Origin: Desulfobulbus propionicus DSM 2032
GTDB taxonomy: Bacteria; Desulfobacterota; Desulfobulbia; Desulfobulbales; Desulfobulbaceae
NCBI RefSeq assembly: GCF_000186885.1
Contig: NC_014972.1
Coordinates: 1,410,001 to 1,442,000 of the forward strand
DNA: 32,000 nucleotides
Direction: 5' to 3'
Below, piece after piece: positions 16,171-27,254 of the stretch. Positions within the stretch are counted from its first letter, which is position 1, and each line of letters opens with the position of its first letter. The notes beneath the pieces were generated by a model that did no database searches, had not been told where the DNA came from, and saw only the letters and a list, made by a program, of their open reading frames with translations. The position numbers were made by a program, and so were the translations under genes.

Positions 16171-17172
16171 TTGGCACACGATCATTGTCACAACCATAAT
16201 CACCATCACGCCCCCGATAATTTCAATCGGGCTTTTGCCATCGGTATAGTGCTCAATTTGTTGTTTGTCGGAGTGGAGGCTGGGTACGGCCTGTTTGCCG
16301 ATTCATTGGCCCTGGTGGCCGATGCGGGACACAACTTGAGCGATGTTATGACCCTGCTCATCGCTTGGGCGGCCATGGCAGTTGCCAAGCGGTCAGCAAC
16401 GGCAAAACATACCTATGGGTTCAAAAAAGGAACTATTCTTGTCTCTCTTGGCAGCGCACTGTTTCTCTATGCGGCCATTGGAGTGATCATTTGGGAGGCA
16501 TTCGGACGGCTGCTGTCACCGGTTCCCGTTCACGGCATGACAATCACCGTGGTTGCTGCCATCGGCGTGGTCATCAATACCGTGACGGCCTTGTTATTCA
16601 TGGCGGGGCGCAAGAAGGATCTCAACCTCAAGGCTGCATTTCTCCACATGGCTGCGGATGCCATTGTCTCTGCCGGTGTGGTGGTGTCGGGATTGGTCAT
16701 CACGGCTACCGGTTGGAATATGCTCGATCCAGTATTATCCATCGTTATCGCGTTATTCATCCTCTTTGCCGGCTGGGGTTTGTTGAAAGACTCTCTCCAT
16801 CTCACCATGGCCGGGGTTCCTCCCCACATCAATGCGGAAAAAGTTCTGGATTATTTGACGGCCATTCCGGAAGTGCGGTGCGTCCACGACCTGCACATCT
16901 GGGCAACCAGTACCACGGAGAACGTCTTGACAGCGCATCTGATCATGCAATCTGGCGGGAGCGATGCATTCCTCCATGAAACAGCGGAATATCTGCACCA
17001 TCATTTCGATATTCACCATACAACCCTACAAATCGAACGTAGTGATATAGGGGGTGTTTGCCATACGGACCAGGGAAACGGGCAAGGGAACTGCTGGCCT
17101 GGGCGACTGGTCAATGTGGAGCAAAGAATGCAAGAAGAACACAGGCAAAGCTGCTCATGCACTGCATCGTGA
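16171..17172 (+). CDS. cation diffusion facilitator (CzcD/ZitB-like) metal efflux protein
   Basis: The start is TTG after AAGGAG. The N-terminus is His-rich (HDHCHNHNHHH). Six TM helices carry ALVADAGHNLSD and FLHMAADA motifs. The tail is Cys/His-rich (..CHTDQGNGQGNC..SCSC..). Confidence 0.9.
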   Translation: MAHDHCHNHNHHHAPDNFNRAFAIGIVLNLLFVGVEAGYGLFADSLALVADAGHNLSDVMTLLIAWAAMAVAKRSATAKHTYGFKKGTILVSLGSALFLYAAIGVIIWEAFGRLLSPVPVHGMTITVVAAIGVVINTVTALLFMAGRKKDLNLKAAFLHMAADAIVSAGVVVSGLVITATGWNMLDPVLSIVIALFILFAGWGLLKDSLHLTMAGVPPHINAEKVLDYLTAIPEVRCVHDLHIWATSTTENVLTAHLIMQSGGSDAFLHETAEYLHHHFDIHHTTLQIERSDIGGVCHTDQGNGQGNCWPGRLVNVEQRMQEEHRQSCSCTAS

Positions 17173-17214
17173 TAACGATGATTTTATAAAATCAAAACTA
17201 TTGCCAAGGAGAAT

Positions 17215-17679
17215 ATGATGAAGCGTTTCAGATTAATTGCGATGTTACTTTCTGTACTTTTAGTGAATGCTCCTCTATTTGCACAAGAGGAGAAAAACAT
17301 TTCATTTGATGACTATCTCAAATCGTTTGATTATAAAGAACGAAAAAATATGAAAATTGAAATCCCTGAAATGCTGGAACTCTACAAACAGGGATCTGCC
17401 CAAATTATCGATATTCGCTTTCCTGAAGAATATCAGGCATACAGTTTTAGTTTTATCAAGAGCATTCCGTTGAACGAACTTCCTGCGCGGCTCGCCGAAC
17501 TTGATAAAAACAAAATTATCGTCACCATTTGTCCTCATTACGACCGGGCAGAAATAGCACGAACTTACCTGACATTGAAAGGATATCGTTCAAAATATTT
17601 AGTCGATGGCGCGGTTGGGCTGGCCGAATATCTCAGAGGTGATAAGGCACGAGATTTTATCAATGCCATAAAAAAATAA
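17215..17679 (+). CDS. exported single-domain rhodanese-like protein
   Basis: The signal peptide is MMKRFRLIAMLLSVLLVNAPLFA. The rhodanese fold has the loop VTICPHYDRA. Confidence 0.8.
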   Translation: MMKRFRLIAMLLSVLLVNAPLFAQEEKNISFDDYLKSFDYKERKNMKIEIPEMLELYKQGSAQIIDIRFPEEYQAYSFSFIKSIPLNELPARLAELDKNKIIVTICPHYDRAEIARTYLTLKGYRSKYLVDGAVGLAEYLRGDKARDFINAIKK

Positions 17680-17733
17680 GAGTGCGATCCTTTTGAACTG
17701 CATGCGGCTCACAGATACACACCTGCCTGTGCA

Positions 17734-18162
17734 ATGATCGGCATGATGAAAGCCATTGTCCAGCGATTACACTTTTGCGTAGGACTTGTCATGAGCATTT
17801 CCAGCACCGTTCATGCTCTCGAAGATGTCAAAATTATCGACAGAGTACAAACGGAACACCTTTTGCAACATGGCGCTGTCTTTATTGACAATCGCCCTGA
17901 ATATAAATTTTCCCTTGGCCATATCAAAGGAGCCATAAACCTTCCTTTTTTCATAGCCAATGACCCATCAAACAAGATGACCAAGGAGAATCTTTCCCTG
18001 GCCATTGGCAACAACGAGCTTGTCGTCTTTTACTGTACCGGCATGGAGCGCGCCTACCATGCCCTGAAACAGGCGCGACAATGGGGGATCACTGCTGAAA
18101 TGTATTGGTACAAGAATGGATTTGAAGAGTGGAAGATGTTTTACCCGCCGCACCTTGACTGA
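17734..18162 (+). CDS. exported single-domain rhodanese-like sulfurtransferase
   Basis: The N-terminal hydrophobic leader ends ..SSTVHA. The active-site loop is FYCTGMERA (a CxGxxR-type loop). Confidence 0.8.
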   Translation: MIGMMKAIVQRLHFCVGLVMSISSTVHALEDVKIIDRVQTEHLLQHGAVFIDNRPEYKFSLGHIKGAINLPFFIANDPSNKMTKENLSLAIGNNELVVFYCTGMERAYHALKQARQWGITAEMYWYKNGFEEWKMFYPPHLD

Positions 18163-18221
18163 ACCCTTTGGCATGGCCCCTGAACCAGTATGCGACGGCA
18201 TAGTGAGGGAGATCAACGACA

Positions 18222-20320
<2,099 letters not shown>

Positions 20321-20324
<4 letters not shown>

Positions 20325-20635
20325 AGCCGTCCGACTATAACTCGAAGCACGAGAAAGGTCCGGCTCACAGTGCCAAGATTGATCGGGACGCGAGGCGCCG
20401 CCTGAAAGCACAACGGGAGAAGAATAAAAATATCTGGTACGGCATGGGTATGTTCGGCCTGGTGGGGTGGTCAATAGCCATTCCGACCCTGCTGGGAGTA
20501 GCTTTGGGGATGTGGATTGATCGCCGGTGGCCAAGCCCTTATTCCTGGACGTTGATGCTGCTCTTTGCTGGCCTGATGGTTGGCTGTATCAACAGCTGGC
20601 ACTGGATCAAACAAACAGGCAAGGACGACGAGTGA
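20321..20635 (+). CDS. atpQ: N-ATPase AtpQ (ATPase_gene1/AtpZ-like small membrane protein)
   Basis: The ATGA overlaps the atpC stop. Two TM helices are present (WYGMGMFGLVGWSIAIPTLLGVALGMWIDRRW..). The position matches the atpDCQRBEFAG order. Confidence 0.75.
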
Positions 20636-20637
20636 GG

Positions 20638-20952
20638 ATGACCATGGAATACGCTGTTGTGTTTCTCGCCGGCATAGCCTTGGGTTGCTTTTATTTTGGC
20701 GGCTTATGGCTGACCACGCGCTCCGTGGCGCGAGTGCCCAAGGGGCAGGTACAGCTCATATCTTCGTTTTCGCCGGCATTGAAAATGTTCCTGAGTTTCA
20801 TTGGCAGGATGGGTGTCACCCTGGCGGGCATGTACTGGTTGATGCAGGGAAATTGGATCCGTGCGCTTATGGCCTTGCTGGGCATCCTGCTGGCCCGGTT
20901 TCTCGTCAAATACTGGGTAAGCTCCGTGGTGCGGAAGGAGGTGTCCGAATGA
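20638..20952 (+). CDS. atpR: N-ATPase AtpR small membrane subunit
   Basis: The ATG at 20638 lies 2 nt after the atpQ stop. The protein is a roughly 104-aa hydrophobic protein with three predicted TM helices. It sits between atpQ and atpB. Confidence 0.7.
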   Translation: MTMEYAVVFLAGIALGCFYFGGLWLTTRSVARVPKGQVQLISSFSPALKMFLSFIGRMGVTLAGMYWLMQGNWIRALMALLGILLARFLVKYWVSSVVRKEVSE

Positions 20953-21644
20953 CCATCAGTCCTGATGCCATCATCTATTTTTATCTCGGTCCATTTCCGG
21001 TAAATGCGACCCTTGTCTTTACCTGGGCAGTGATGGGTATTTTGGTGCTCCTGTCCTGGCTGGTCACGCGGAACATATCGAGTGAGGTGTCTATGTCCCA
21101 CTGGCAAAATTTTCTTGAGATCACCGTTTCCGAAATCCAGACACAAATACGAGAGGTGAGTAATCAGGAGGCCCGCCACTACATCCCCTTTATCGGCACC
21201 CTATTTTTGTTCATCCTCACCGCCAATGTCCTGAGCGTTATTCCCGAATTTTCCCCTCCGACCGGCTCCTTCTCGACAACCGTGGCGCTCGCCATCTGCG
21301 TCTTCATTGCCGTGCCTCTCTATGGCGTGTCCAGTAAGGGTTGGAGCAGTTACCTCAGCGACTATGTCAAACCGACCTTCATCATGCTACCCTTCAATAT
21401 TATTGGTGAAATATCCAGAACCCTTGCCTTGGCGGTCAGGCTGTATGGCAACATGATGAGTGGTACAGTTATTGTTGCTATTCTTTTAGGGATAACCCCC
21501 TTGTTCTTCCCGGTTGTTATGCACGCTTTAGGTTTATTGACAGGTGTCATCCAAGCCTACATTTTTTCAATTTTAGCCATGGTGTATATTGCTTCAGCCA
21601 GTAAATCAGCAAAACGAAACAATCATCAACCCCCCTCAGCCTAG
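20949..21644 (+). CDS. atpB: ATP synthase a subunit
   Basis: The internal ATG at 20949 overlaps the atpR stop. The conserved stator Arg context is LALAVRLYGNMMSG. Confidence 0.9.
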   Translation: MTISPDAIIYFYLGPFPVNATLVFTWAVMGILVLLSWLVTRNISSEVSMSHWQNFLEITVSEIQTQIREVSNQEARHYIPFIGTLFLFILTANVLSVIPEFSPPTGSFSTTVALAICVFIAVPLYGVSSKGWSSYLSDYVKPTFIMLPFNIIGEISRTLALAVRLYGNMMSGTVIVAILLGITPLFFPVVMHALGLLTGVIQAYIFSILAMVYIASASKSAKRNNHQPPSA

Positions 21645-21653
21645 GTACGTCGT

Positions 21654-21932
21654 ATGGATATGGTAACTATCATTGCGGTTAGCTCAATTGTTGTTGCCGG
21701 ATTCACCATTGCTCTCGGCAGCATCGGACCAGCGCTTGGAGAAGCCAGGGCTGTGGCCCAGGCTATCAGTGCCATTGCCCAACAACCCGATGAGGCAAAC
21801 ACCATCACGCGGACGCTTTTTGTCGGTCTGGCCATGATTGAATCAACGGCCATCTACTGCTTTGTGGTGTCCATGATTCTGATTTTCGCCAATCCTTTTT
21901 GGAATTATGCGATCAATCATGCGGGGAAGTGA
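21654..21932 (+). CDS. atpE: ATP synthase c subunit with Na+-type ligand set
   Basis: It is a hairpin protein whose loop reads AQQPDE. Helix 2 carries IESTAIY (E63, S64, T65, Y68), and helix 1 has E30 at the position of Q32 in the Ilyobacter tartaricus c subunit (alignment by eye). Confidence 0.9.
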   Translation: MDMVTIIAVSSIVVAGFTIALGSIGPALGEARAVAQAISAIAQQPDEANTITRTLFVGLAMIESTAIYCFVVSMILIFANPFWNYAINHAGK

Positions 21933-21935
21933 GCG

Positions 21936-22721
21936 ATGTCCGTCAACTGGATGACCGTTATTGCCCAGATATGCAACTTTCTCATTCTGATTTGGCTGCT
22001 GAAACGTTTTCTGTACGGCCCCATCCTGCGGGCGATGGATAAGCGCCAACAACATTTGGCGGAAATTCAGGAAGCGGCCCGCCGGAAAAGCGCCGAGGCA
22101 GAAGAAGCTGTTGCGTCGTATACGGCCCTGACCGCTGACCTAGCGAACGAGAAACACCGGATTTTAAGCGATGCCAAAATCGCGGTGGAGCAGGATCGTC
22201 AAGTGTATTTGGAGCATGCTCGAAAAGACGTGGACCGCATCAAAAATGACTGGATTCTGTCCATGCAGCGGGAGCAGGACGCCTTTCTTCAGCAGGGACG
22301 TGTCTTGATTGGCCAGGGGGCCTGTCAATTGGCCCGAAGGATCCTGCATGACCTTGCTGGAGCCGATCTGGAGCGGGGGATGGTGGCGGTGTTCATAGAA
22401 AAGCTGCGCACCCTTTCGCCCGAGCAGCAGCGCCAATTGCGGGTTGCGGCTGGGCGTGATGGTGCACCGATACGGATCCACAGCTCCTTTGCTCTCGACG
22501 CAGGCCAACAAGAACAACTTGCCGCCATGCTCTTGCCTCTGGCGGAGACAATTGGGCCGGTAGACTTTGTGGTGAGCGATAACCTGATCGCCGGCATCGA
22601 GCTGGATGTCGGCGAAAGGCATTACGGCTGGAGCATTGAGGAGTATATGCACGATCTTGAGCAGTCGCTGCAACGATATATCGAGAAGGGCCTCCCTTCG
22701 CCGGACCACGAACATGCTTGA
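21936..22721 (+). CDS. atpF: ATP synthase b subunit with a delta(OSCP)-like C-terminal extension
   Basis: The N-terminal TM helix and coiled coil are typical of b. At 261 aa it is much longer than usual. The tail ..[37 protein letters not shown] resembles the delta C-terminus. No atpH is present in the operon. Confidence 0.85.
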   Translation: MSVNWMTVIAQICNFLILIWLLKRFLYGPILRAMDKRQQHLAEIQEAARRKSAEAEEAVASYTALTADLANEKHRILSDAKIAVEQDRQVYLEHARKDVDRIKNDWILSMQREQDAFLQQGRVLIGQGACQLARRILHDLAGADLERGMVAVFIEKLRTLSPEQQRQLRVAAGRDGAPIRIHSSFALDAGQQEQLAAMLLPLAETIGPVDFVVSDNLIAGIELDVGERHYGWSIEEYMHDLEQSLQRYIEKGLPSPDHEHA

Positions 22722-24225
22722 GTTCATTATCCAGGATATGTCCCGGGTCTTTGCGACGCTTGCCGAGGAAACAAGGACCGCTTTACAAGCCACGGAAGTC
22801 GGTTATGTGGTTGCCGTGGGGAGCGGCATTGCCCGGGTGGAAGGATTGCCCAGTGTCAAATCCCAGGAACTGCTGCTGTTTCACGGCGGCGTGCCCGGGA
22901 TAGCCTTTAACATCGATCCCTATGAAATTGGCGTCATTCTCCTCGGGGAGTGTGCCAACATCGCAGCAGGAACCAAGGTCTACTGCACCGGGCGAGTGGT
23001 TGATATTCCCGTGGGCGATGCGCTGTTGGGGCGAGTTATCAGCGCAACTGGCGCGCCCCTGGATGGAGAAAGTGGTATCGAAGCTGTCGAGCGGTTGCCC
23101 GTTGAACAGGAGTCCCCTTCGATTATGGATAGAGCCCCGGTGGTCACACCCCTGGAAACAGGCATTAAGGTCATCGATGCCCTGGTACCCATTGGCAAGG
23201 GGCAACGGGAGTTGATTCTCGGGGATCGGCAAACGGGTAAAACTGCCATTGCCTTGGACACCATCATCAATCAGCAGGGCAAAAACGTGTTGTGCGTCTA
23301 CTGTGCCATCGGTCAACGCGGATCAGCAGTTGCCCAGTTGATTGCCTCCCTGCGGCGCCATGGTGCCATGGCCTATACCGTTGTTCTGGTTGCCGGTGGT
23401 GACGAATCTCCTGGACTGCAATTCATCGCCCCCTATGCCGCCACCAGTATCGCCGAATATTTCATGCGCCAGGGCCGCGATGTCTTGGTTGTCTATGACG
23501 ATCTGACCCGACACGCACGGGCCTATCGCGAACTTTCGCTGCTATTGCGTCGGCCTCCAGGCCGTGAAGCCTATCCTGGCGACATCTTCTACATTCATTC
23601 CCGCCTGCTGGAGCGTTCCACCCATCTGCGTCCCGAATTGGGCGGCGGATCCCTAACCGCCATACCCATCCTGGAGACCCAGGCGCAGAACCTCGCCGAC
23701 TATATTCCCACCAATCTTATCTCGATCACCGATGGTCAAATCTATCTTTCCCCTGATTTTTTTCAGAAAGGGGTACTGCCTGCGGTCGATGTCGGCAAGT
23801 CGGTATCCCGGGTCGGGGGCAAGACACAGCTGCCAGCCTACCGCGCTATTACCGGCGATTTACGCCTTGCCTATGCCCAATTCGAAGAACTGGAAAGTTT
23901 TGCCCGCTTCAGCACACGACTGGATCACGAAACCCTGATGACCATCGAACGGGGGCGCAGAATCCGCGAGGTGCTCAAACAGCCGCAATACACGCCGCTG
24001 ACTACGACCGAGCAGATCATCATTCTCTTGGCAGCCACCGAGGGGTATCTGGACAATCTTGAACTCCAGGAGATTGCCGATGCCGAAGAGCGGCTGCAGC
24101 AGGCGGTCTTAAACGAACTGCCTGATTTAGAACAACAGATTTTTGACGGCAAGGTGCTCGGTGACGGCGACAGGCAACTCCTGGCGGAGAGTATCCAGCG
24201 AGTTGTGCAAACATACAGGGGGTGA
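22714..24225 (+). CDS. atpA: ATP synthase alpha subunit
   Basis: The ATG at 22714 overlaps the atpF stop. The Walker A motif is GDRQTGKT, and alpha signatures YDDLTRHA and [10 protein letters not shown] are present. Confidence 0.95.
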   Translation: MLEFIIQDMSRVFATLAEETRTALQATEVGYVVAVGSGIARVEGLPSVKSQELLLFHGGVPGIAFNIDPYEIGVILLGECANIAAGTKVYCTGRVVDIPVGDALLGRVISATGAPLDGESGIEAVERLPVEQESPSIMDRAPVVTPLETGIKVIDALVPIGKGQRELILGDRQTGKTAIALDTIINQQGKNVLCVYCAIGQRGSAVAQLIASLRRHGAMAYTVVLVAGGDESPGLQFIAPYAATSIAEYFMRQGRDVLVVYDDLTRHARAYRELSLLLRRPPGREAYPGDIFYIHSRLLERSTHLRPELGGGSLTAIPILETQAQNLADYIPTNLISITDGQIYLSPDFFQKGVLPAVDVGKSVSRVGGKTQLPAYRAITGDLRLAYAQFEELESFARFSTRLDHETLMTIERGRRIREVLKQPQYTPLTTTEQIIILLAATEGYLDNLELQEIADAEERLQQAVLNELPDLEQQIFDGKVLGDGDRQLLAESIQRVVQTYRG

Positions 24226-24229
24226 GGCT

Positions 24230-25108
24230 GTGGCCACCTTGGAGAGTCTGGTTCGCAAGATGAAGAGTGTTGACGACCTCCAATCCATCGTGCGCACCAT
24301 GAAGGCCATGGCGGCGGCCAACCTGCGTCAATATGAACGGGCTGTCGAGTCTCTCCAGGACTATCATCATACCGTAGCATTGGGGCTGCAGATTGTTCTC
24401 AAGGGCAATGGCGCCAAAAGGATGCCCCCAATAGCATTGCCTCGTAAGAAAGGTGCGCTGCTCGCTGTGGTGATCGGGACGGATTATGGATTTGCCGGTC
24501 AATTCAATGAAGAGATTATCCGGTACGCATTGCACGTGCTCAGCCACGACCACCATAGCGGATGCCATGTGATTGCGGTTGGTGCGCAGATTGCGGCCGG
24601 GCTCACCGCCTTGCAACGAGTCATTGCAGCATCCTACCCCTTGCCGTCCTCCCTTGCCGGTGTCAATCCGCTCGTCCAACGCTTACTGCTGGAAATTGAA
24701 CGCATAAAAGCTGACCAGGATATCGAGGAAGTCGTTCTGCTGTTCAATAGACCAGCAGCTGCAACGACCTACGCCCAGGAAAAAATCCGGCTATTCCCAG
24801 TCCTCATGGACGATTTGCAAAGTAAAACCGGTAAGTGGCCGTCACGATCAATACCGATCTCTGCCATTGCCCATGAACAGATGCTGAGAGCACTGGTACG
24901 TGAGTATATTTACGTCAACATCTTCAGATCGATAGCCCTTTCGATGGCCGGCGAGAATGCCAGCCGTCTGGCGGCCATGCATGCCGCCGTCAAAAAAATA
25001 GAAGAGGTTTCGGACGCCCTGACCATGGAGTATCGCCAGAACAGGCAAAATGCCATTACCGGAGAACTGCTTGATATTATTTCCGGGTTTGAGGCGCTTT
25101 CCCAATAG
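24230..25108 (+). CDS. atpG: ATP synthase gamma subunit
   Basis: A GTG at 24230 gives MATLESLVRKMKSVDDLQSIVRTMKAMAAA, a gamma N-terminal helix. The C-terminal helix reads ..NAITGELLDIISG. Confidence 0.85.
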   Translation: MATLESLVRKMKSVDDLQSIVRTMKAMAAANLRQYERAVESLQDYHHTVALGLQIVLKGNGAKRMPPIALPRKKGALLAVVIGTDYGFAGQFNEEIIRYALHVLSHDHHSGCHVIAVGAQIAAGLTALQRVIAASYPLPSSLAGVNPLVQRLLLEIERIKADQDIEEVVLLFNRPAAATTYAQEKIRLFPVLMDDLQSKTGKWPSRSIPISAIAHEQMLRALVREYIYVNIFRSIALSMAGENASRLAAMHAAVKKIEEVSDALTMEYRQNRQNAITGELLDIISGFEALSQ

Positions 25109-25173
25109 AGAAAGAGCCTGTGACACGGCAAAGCCACTGGTCACTGACTGTGTGTCTAGGTCGCAATTCTTTT

Positions 25174-26271
25174 TCACAAAACGAATTGGAACAGATAGCC
25201 GGCAGAAACCGCCATACCCAAGATGACCGTTAAAAAAGCGATTATCATGGGCATGCGAAACATCGACTTCAACAAAATGACTTCCGTTAGGCTGGCACCG
25301 GCGCCGCCTATGATCAGAGCCATAATGGCTCCAAGTCCCATACCCTTGGTCACCAGAACCGCACTCAGAGGGATAAGTGCTTCAGCCCGCACATAAAGCG
25401 GAATACCGATGACTGCGGCAATAGGGACTGCAAGCGGGCTGTCGCCACTGGCATATCTGGCAATGAATTCTGTGGGGACAAACCCATACACCAGGGAGCC
25501 AAAGGCAACACCCAGCAGTAGATACAGAAATATAGCCTTGAACTGGAGCCAACCATCCAGAAATGCCCGTTTTAACTTAAGCATAAATGCTGGGGCGTCC
25601 GTTTCAGTGGTGGCCGTACAACAAGCTGGTGAAAACGTAGGCAGTGCGGAACAACAGGTTTCGACAAGGGGCGTGCGGCAGGAATCTTGTACAGAGGCCA
25701 TCGGAAAAGAAGCGCAGCAAGAACCTTGAGCAGGCTGCGTACTTCCTGCTTCCGTGGCAGGATTCTTCCCCGCCGGATTTGCGGTGGGCGGGTTGGGGGA
25801 GCAGCAACTTGCAGCGGGAATTTTCCCTTCGGGGATAACATATCGTTCAAAACCAAGGTCCTCCAACACTAAACCACCGACAATGGAAACCATCAAGGCG
25901 ACAAAGGTGTACACCACCGTCACTCGCATACCAAAGGTAACCAGGAACATCCCGATAATAATCGGATTCAGCAATGGCGAGGTGAACAAAAAGGTGAGTG
26001 TGTGGCCAAACCCTACCTTGGCCTTCAGCAATCCACGCAGCATAGGGATGGTTGAGCAACTGCAAAACGGGGTGATCGCCCCCAAAAATGCAGCGAAAAT
26101 ATACCCCAAACCCTTTTTCCCGCTTAAAACAGCCTGGATCTTTGAATCAGGGATATACTGCTGCAACAGACTCACTCCAGCGCTAATCAGAAGGAAAAGC
26201 GCGGAGAGTTCAAACCCAAGGAATAAAAACATCCCAAGGGTATCTTTAATCATCAGGTAATACGCATCCAT
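25174..26271 (-). CDS. PF03773/DUF318-type permease with a Cys-rich central loop
   Basis: The ITPFCSCSTIP motif is present and the protein is polytopic. The central loop (aa ~150-225) contains SCC, SCC, TCC and ACC pairs plus one further Cys. Confidence 0.8.
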   Translation of the reverse strand: MDAYYLMIKDTLGMFLFLGFELSALFLLISAGVSLLQQYIPDSKIQAVLSGKKGLGYIFAAFLGAITPFCSCSTIPMLRGLLKAKVGFGHTLTFLFTSPLLNPIIIGMFLVTFGMRVTVVYTFVALMVSIVGGLVLEDLGFERYVIPEGKIPAASCCSPNPPTANPAGKNPATEAGSTQPAQGSCCASFPMASVQDSCRTPLVETCCSALPTFSPACCTATTETDAPAFMLKLKRAFLDGWLQFKAIFLYLLLGVAFGSLVYGFVPTEFIARYASGDSPLAVPIAAVIGIPLYVRAEALIPLSAVLVTKGMGLGAIMALIIGGAGASLTEVILLKSMFRMPMIIAFLTVILGMAVSAGYLFQFVL

Positions 26272-26295
26272 GGCAAAACCTCCATTATTTTTATT

Positions 26296-26350
26296 TTTCT
26301 AAAATAATGGAAATGTTTTCCTTGTCAATACATTTCTGTTATTTTAGAAA
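26296..26350. promoter_or_regulatory. 20-bp imperfect inverted repeat in the divergent permease/arsR intergenic region (candidate ArsR operator)
   Basis: TTTCTAAAATAATGGAAATG (26296-26315) and CATTTCTGTTATTTTAGAAA (26331-26350) are reverse complements at 18 of 20 positions. They are separated by 15 bp and lie between two divergent start codons. Confidence 0.5.
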
Positions 26351-26373
26351 TATTGAAACAAGGGAGGGATCAT

Positions 26374-26706
26374 ATGGAAATTGAAGCTGTTGCGGCCGCA
26401 TTGAAAGAACTGGGACACCCTACCCGGCTAGGTGTGTACAAAACGCTTGTCAAGGCCGGAGAGCGAGGGTTGCCCGTGGGAGATTTGCAAAAAAAATTGG
26501 ATGTCCCCGGGTCCACATTGAGTCATCACATTGCCGCACTGGTTTCTGTGGGGCTTGTCCGGCAGGTGCGGGAAGGAAGGATACTTTATTGTATCGCTCA
26601 GTATGAGGTGCTTGACGTCATAATGGGTTTTCTCATGGAAGAATGCTGTGTTGATCAGGTCGGAGCCCACACTTTCTGCGGTAAAAATCTCAAAAAATCT
26701 TCATAA
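26374..26706 (+). CDS. arsR: ArsR/SmtB-family regulator with a C-terminal CC..C site
   Basis: The ATG at 26374 follows AGGGAGGG. LKELGHPTRLGVYKTL and STLSHHIAALVSVGLV form the wHTH. There is no Cys in helix 3, but the C-terminus has C91, C92 and C102 (EECCVDQVGAHTFC), which resembles the Acidithiobacillus ferrooxidans ArsR site (Cys95/96/102). Confidence 0.8.
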   Translation: MEIEAVAAALKELGHPTRLGVYKTLVKAGERGLPVGDLQKKLDVPGSTLSHHIAALVSVGLVRQVREGRILYCIAQYEVLDVIMGFLMEECCVDQVGAHTFCGKNLKKSS

Positions 26707-26813
26707 GAAGTGAGCCAAAACAATCAACGATTAAGCGGTAATTCCTTGCGGGCTTTCCATGTAAAAATCTGCAGTTACATGCAAAAAAATTATCAACAGG
26801 ATGAGGTTCTGCC

Positions 26814-27227
26814 ATGCAACAGTCTGGAGAAAATATGATCGCGAAAAAAGTAAGCTGGTATGAGGCTGTAGCCATTCTGGTTATCATTGCAATTACTTGG
26901 CTCGATGAAATCCTTGACATCCCCTACGTCTTACTCGGCGGTCCGGCAACTCCGATAAACTGGCGTGAATCCTTATTTGAGAGCCTGATTATCACGATTG
27001 TAGGGGTGGTTATCATCCGCCACACTTATAAATTACTCGTTCGAGTGAGCTACCTGGAAAGCATATTGCCAGTGTGTCCCTCCTGCAAGAAGATCAGAGT
27101 TGATCGAGAATTTTGGCAAGATATCGAACGGTATATTCAGGAACGGGCAAAATCCGATTCAACCTATGGTATCTGTCCGGATTGCATAGATAAATATTAT
27201 CCGGAAATAGGACACACGAAGAAATGA
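26814..27227 (+). CDS. small 2-TM membrane protein with a C-terminal CPxC..CPDC (Cys4) domain
   Basis: Two hydrophobic helices (AVAILVIIAITWL; LIITIVGVVII) are followed by LPVCPSCKKIRVDREFWQDIERYIQERAKSDSTYGICPDC. The ORF ends 27 nt upstream of arsA. No named family is recognised with certainty. Confidence 0.65.
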   Translation: MQQSGENMIAKKVSWYEAVAILVIIAITWLDEILDIPYVLLGGPATPINWRESLFESLIITIVGVVIIRHTYKLLVRVSYLESILPVCPSCKKIRVDREFWQDIERYIQERAKSDSTYGICPDCIDKYYPEIGHTKK

Positions 27228-27254
27228 TCACAGTACGAGCGGACTGGAGAATGT

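Noticed and set aside
20527-22713. N-terminal extensions of the track ORFs for atpR (20527), atpB (20580) and atpA (22606).
   Set aside because: The extensions overlap the preceding genes in other frames. Internal starts at 20638, 20949 and 22714 give family-typical N-termini and ATGA-type coupling.
22164-24679. Long minus-strand ORFs (22164-22793, 22783-23316, 23925-24380, 24020-24679) across atpF, atpA and atpG.
   Set aside because: They are shadow ORFs antisense to the ATPase genes.
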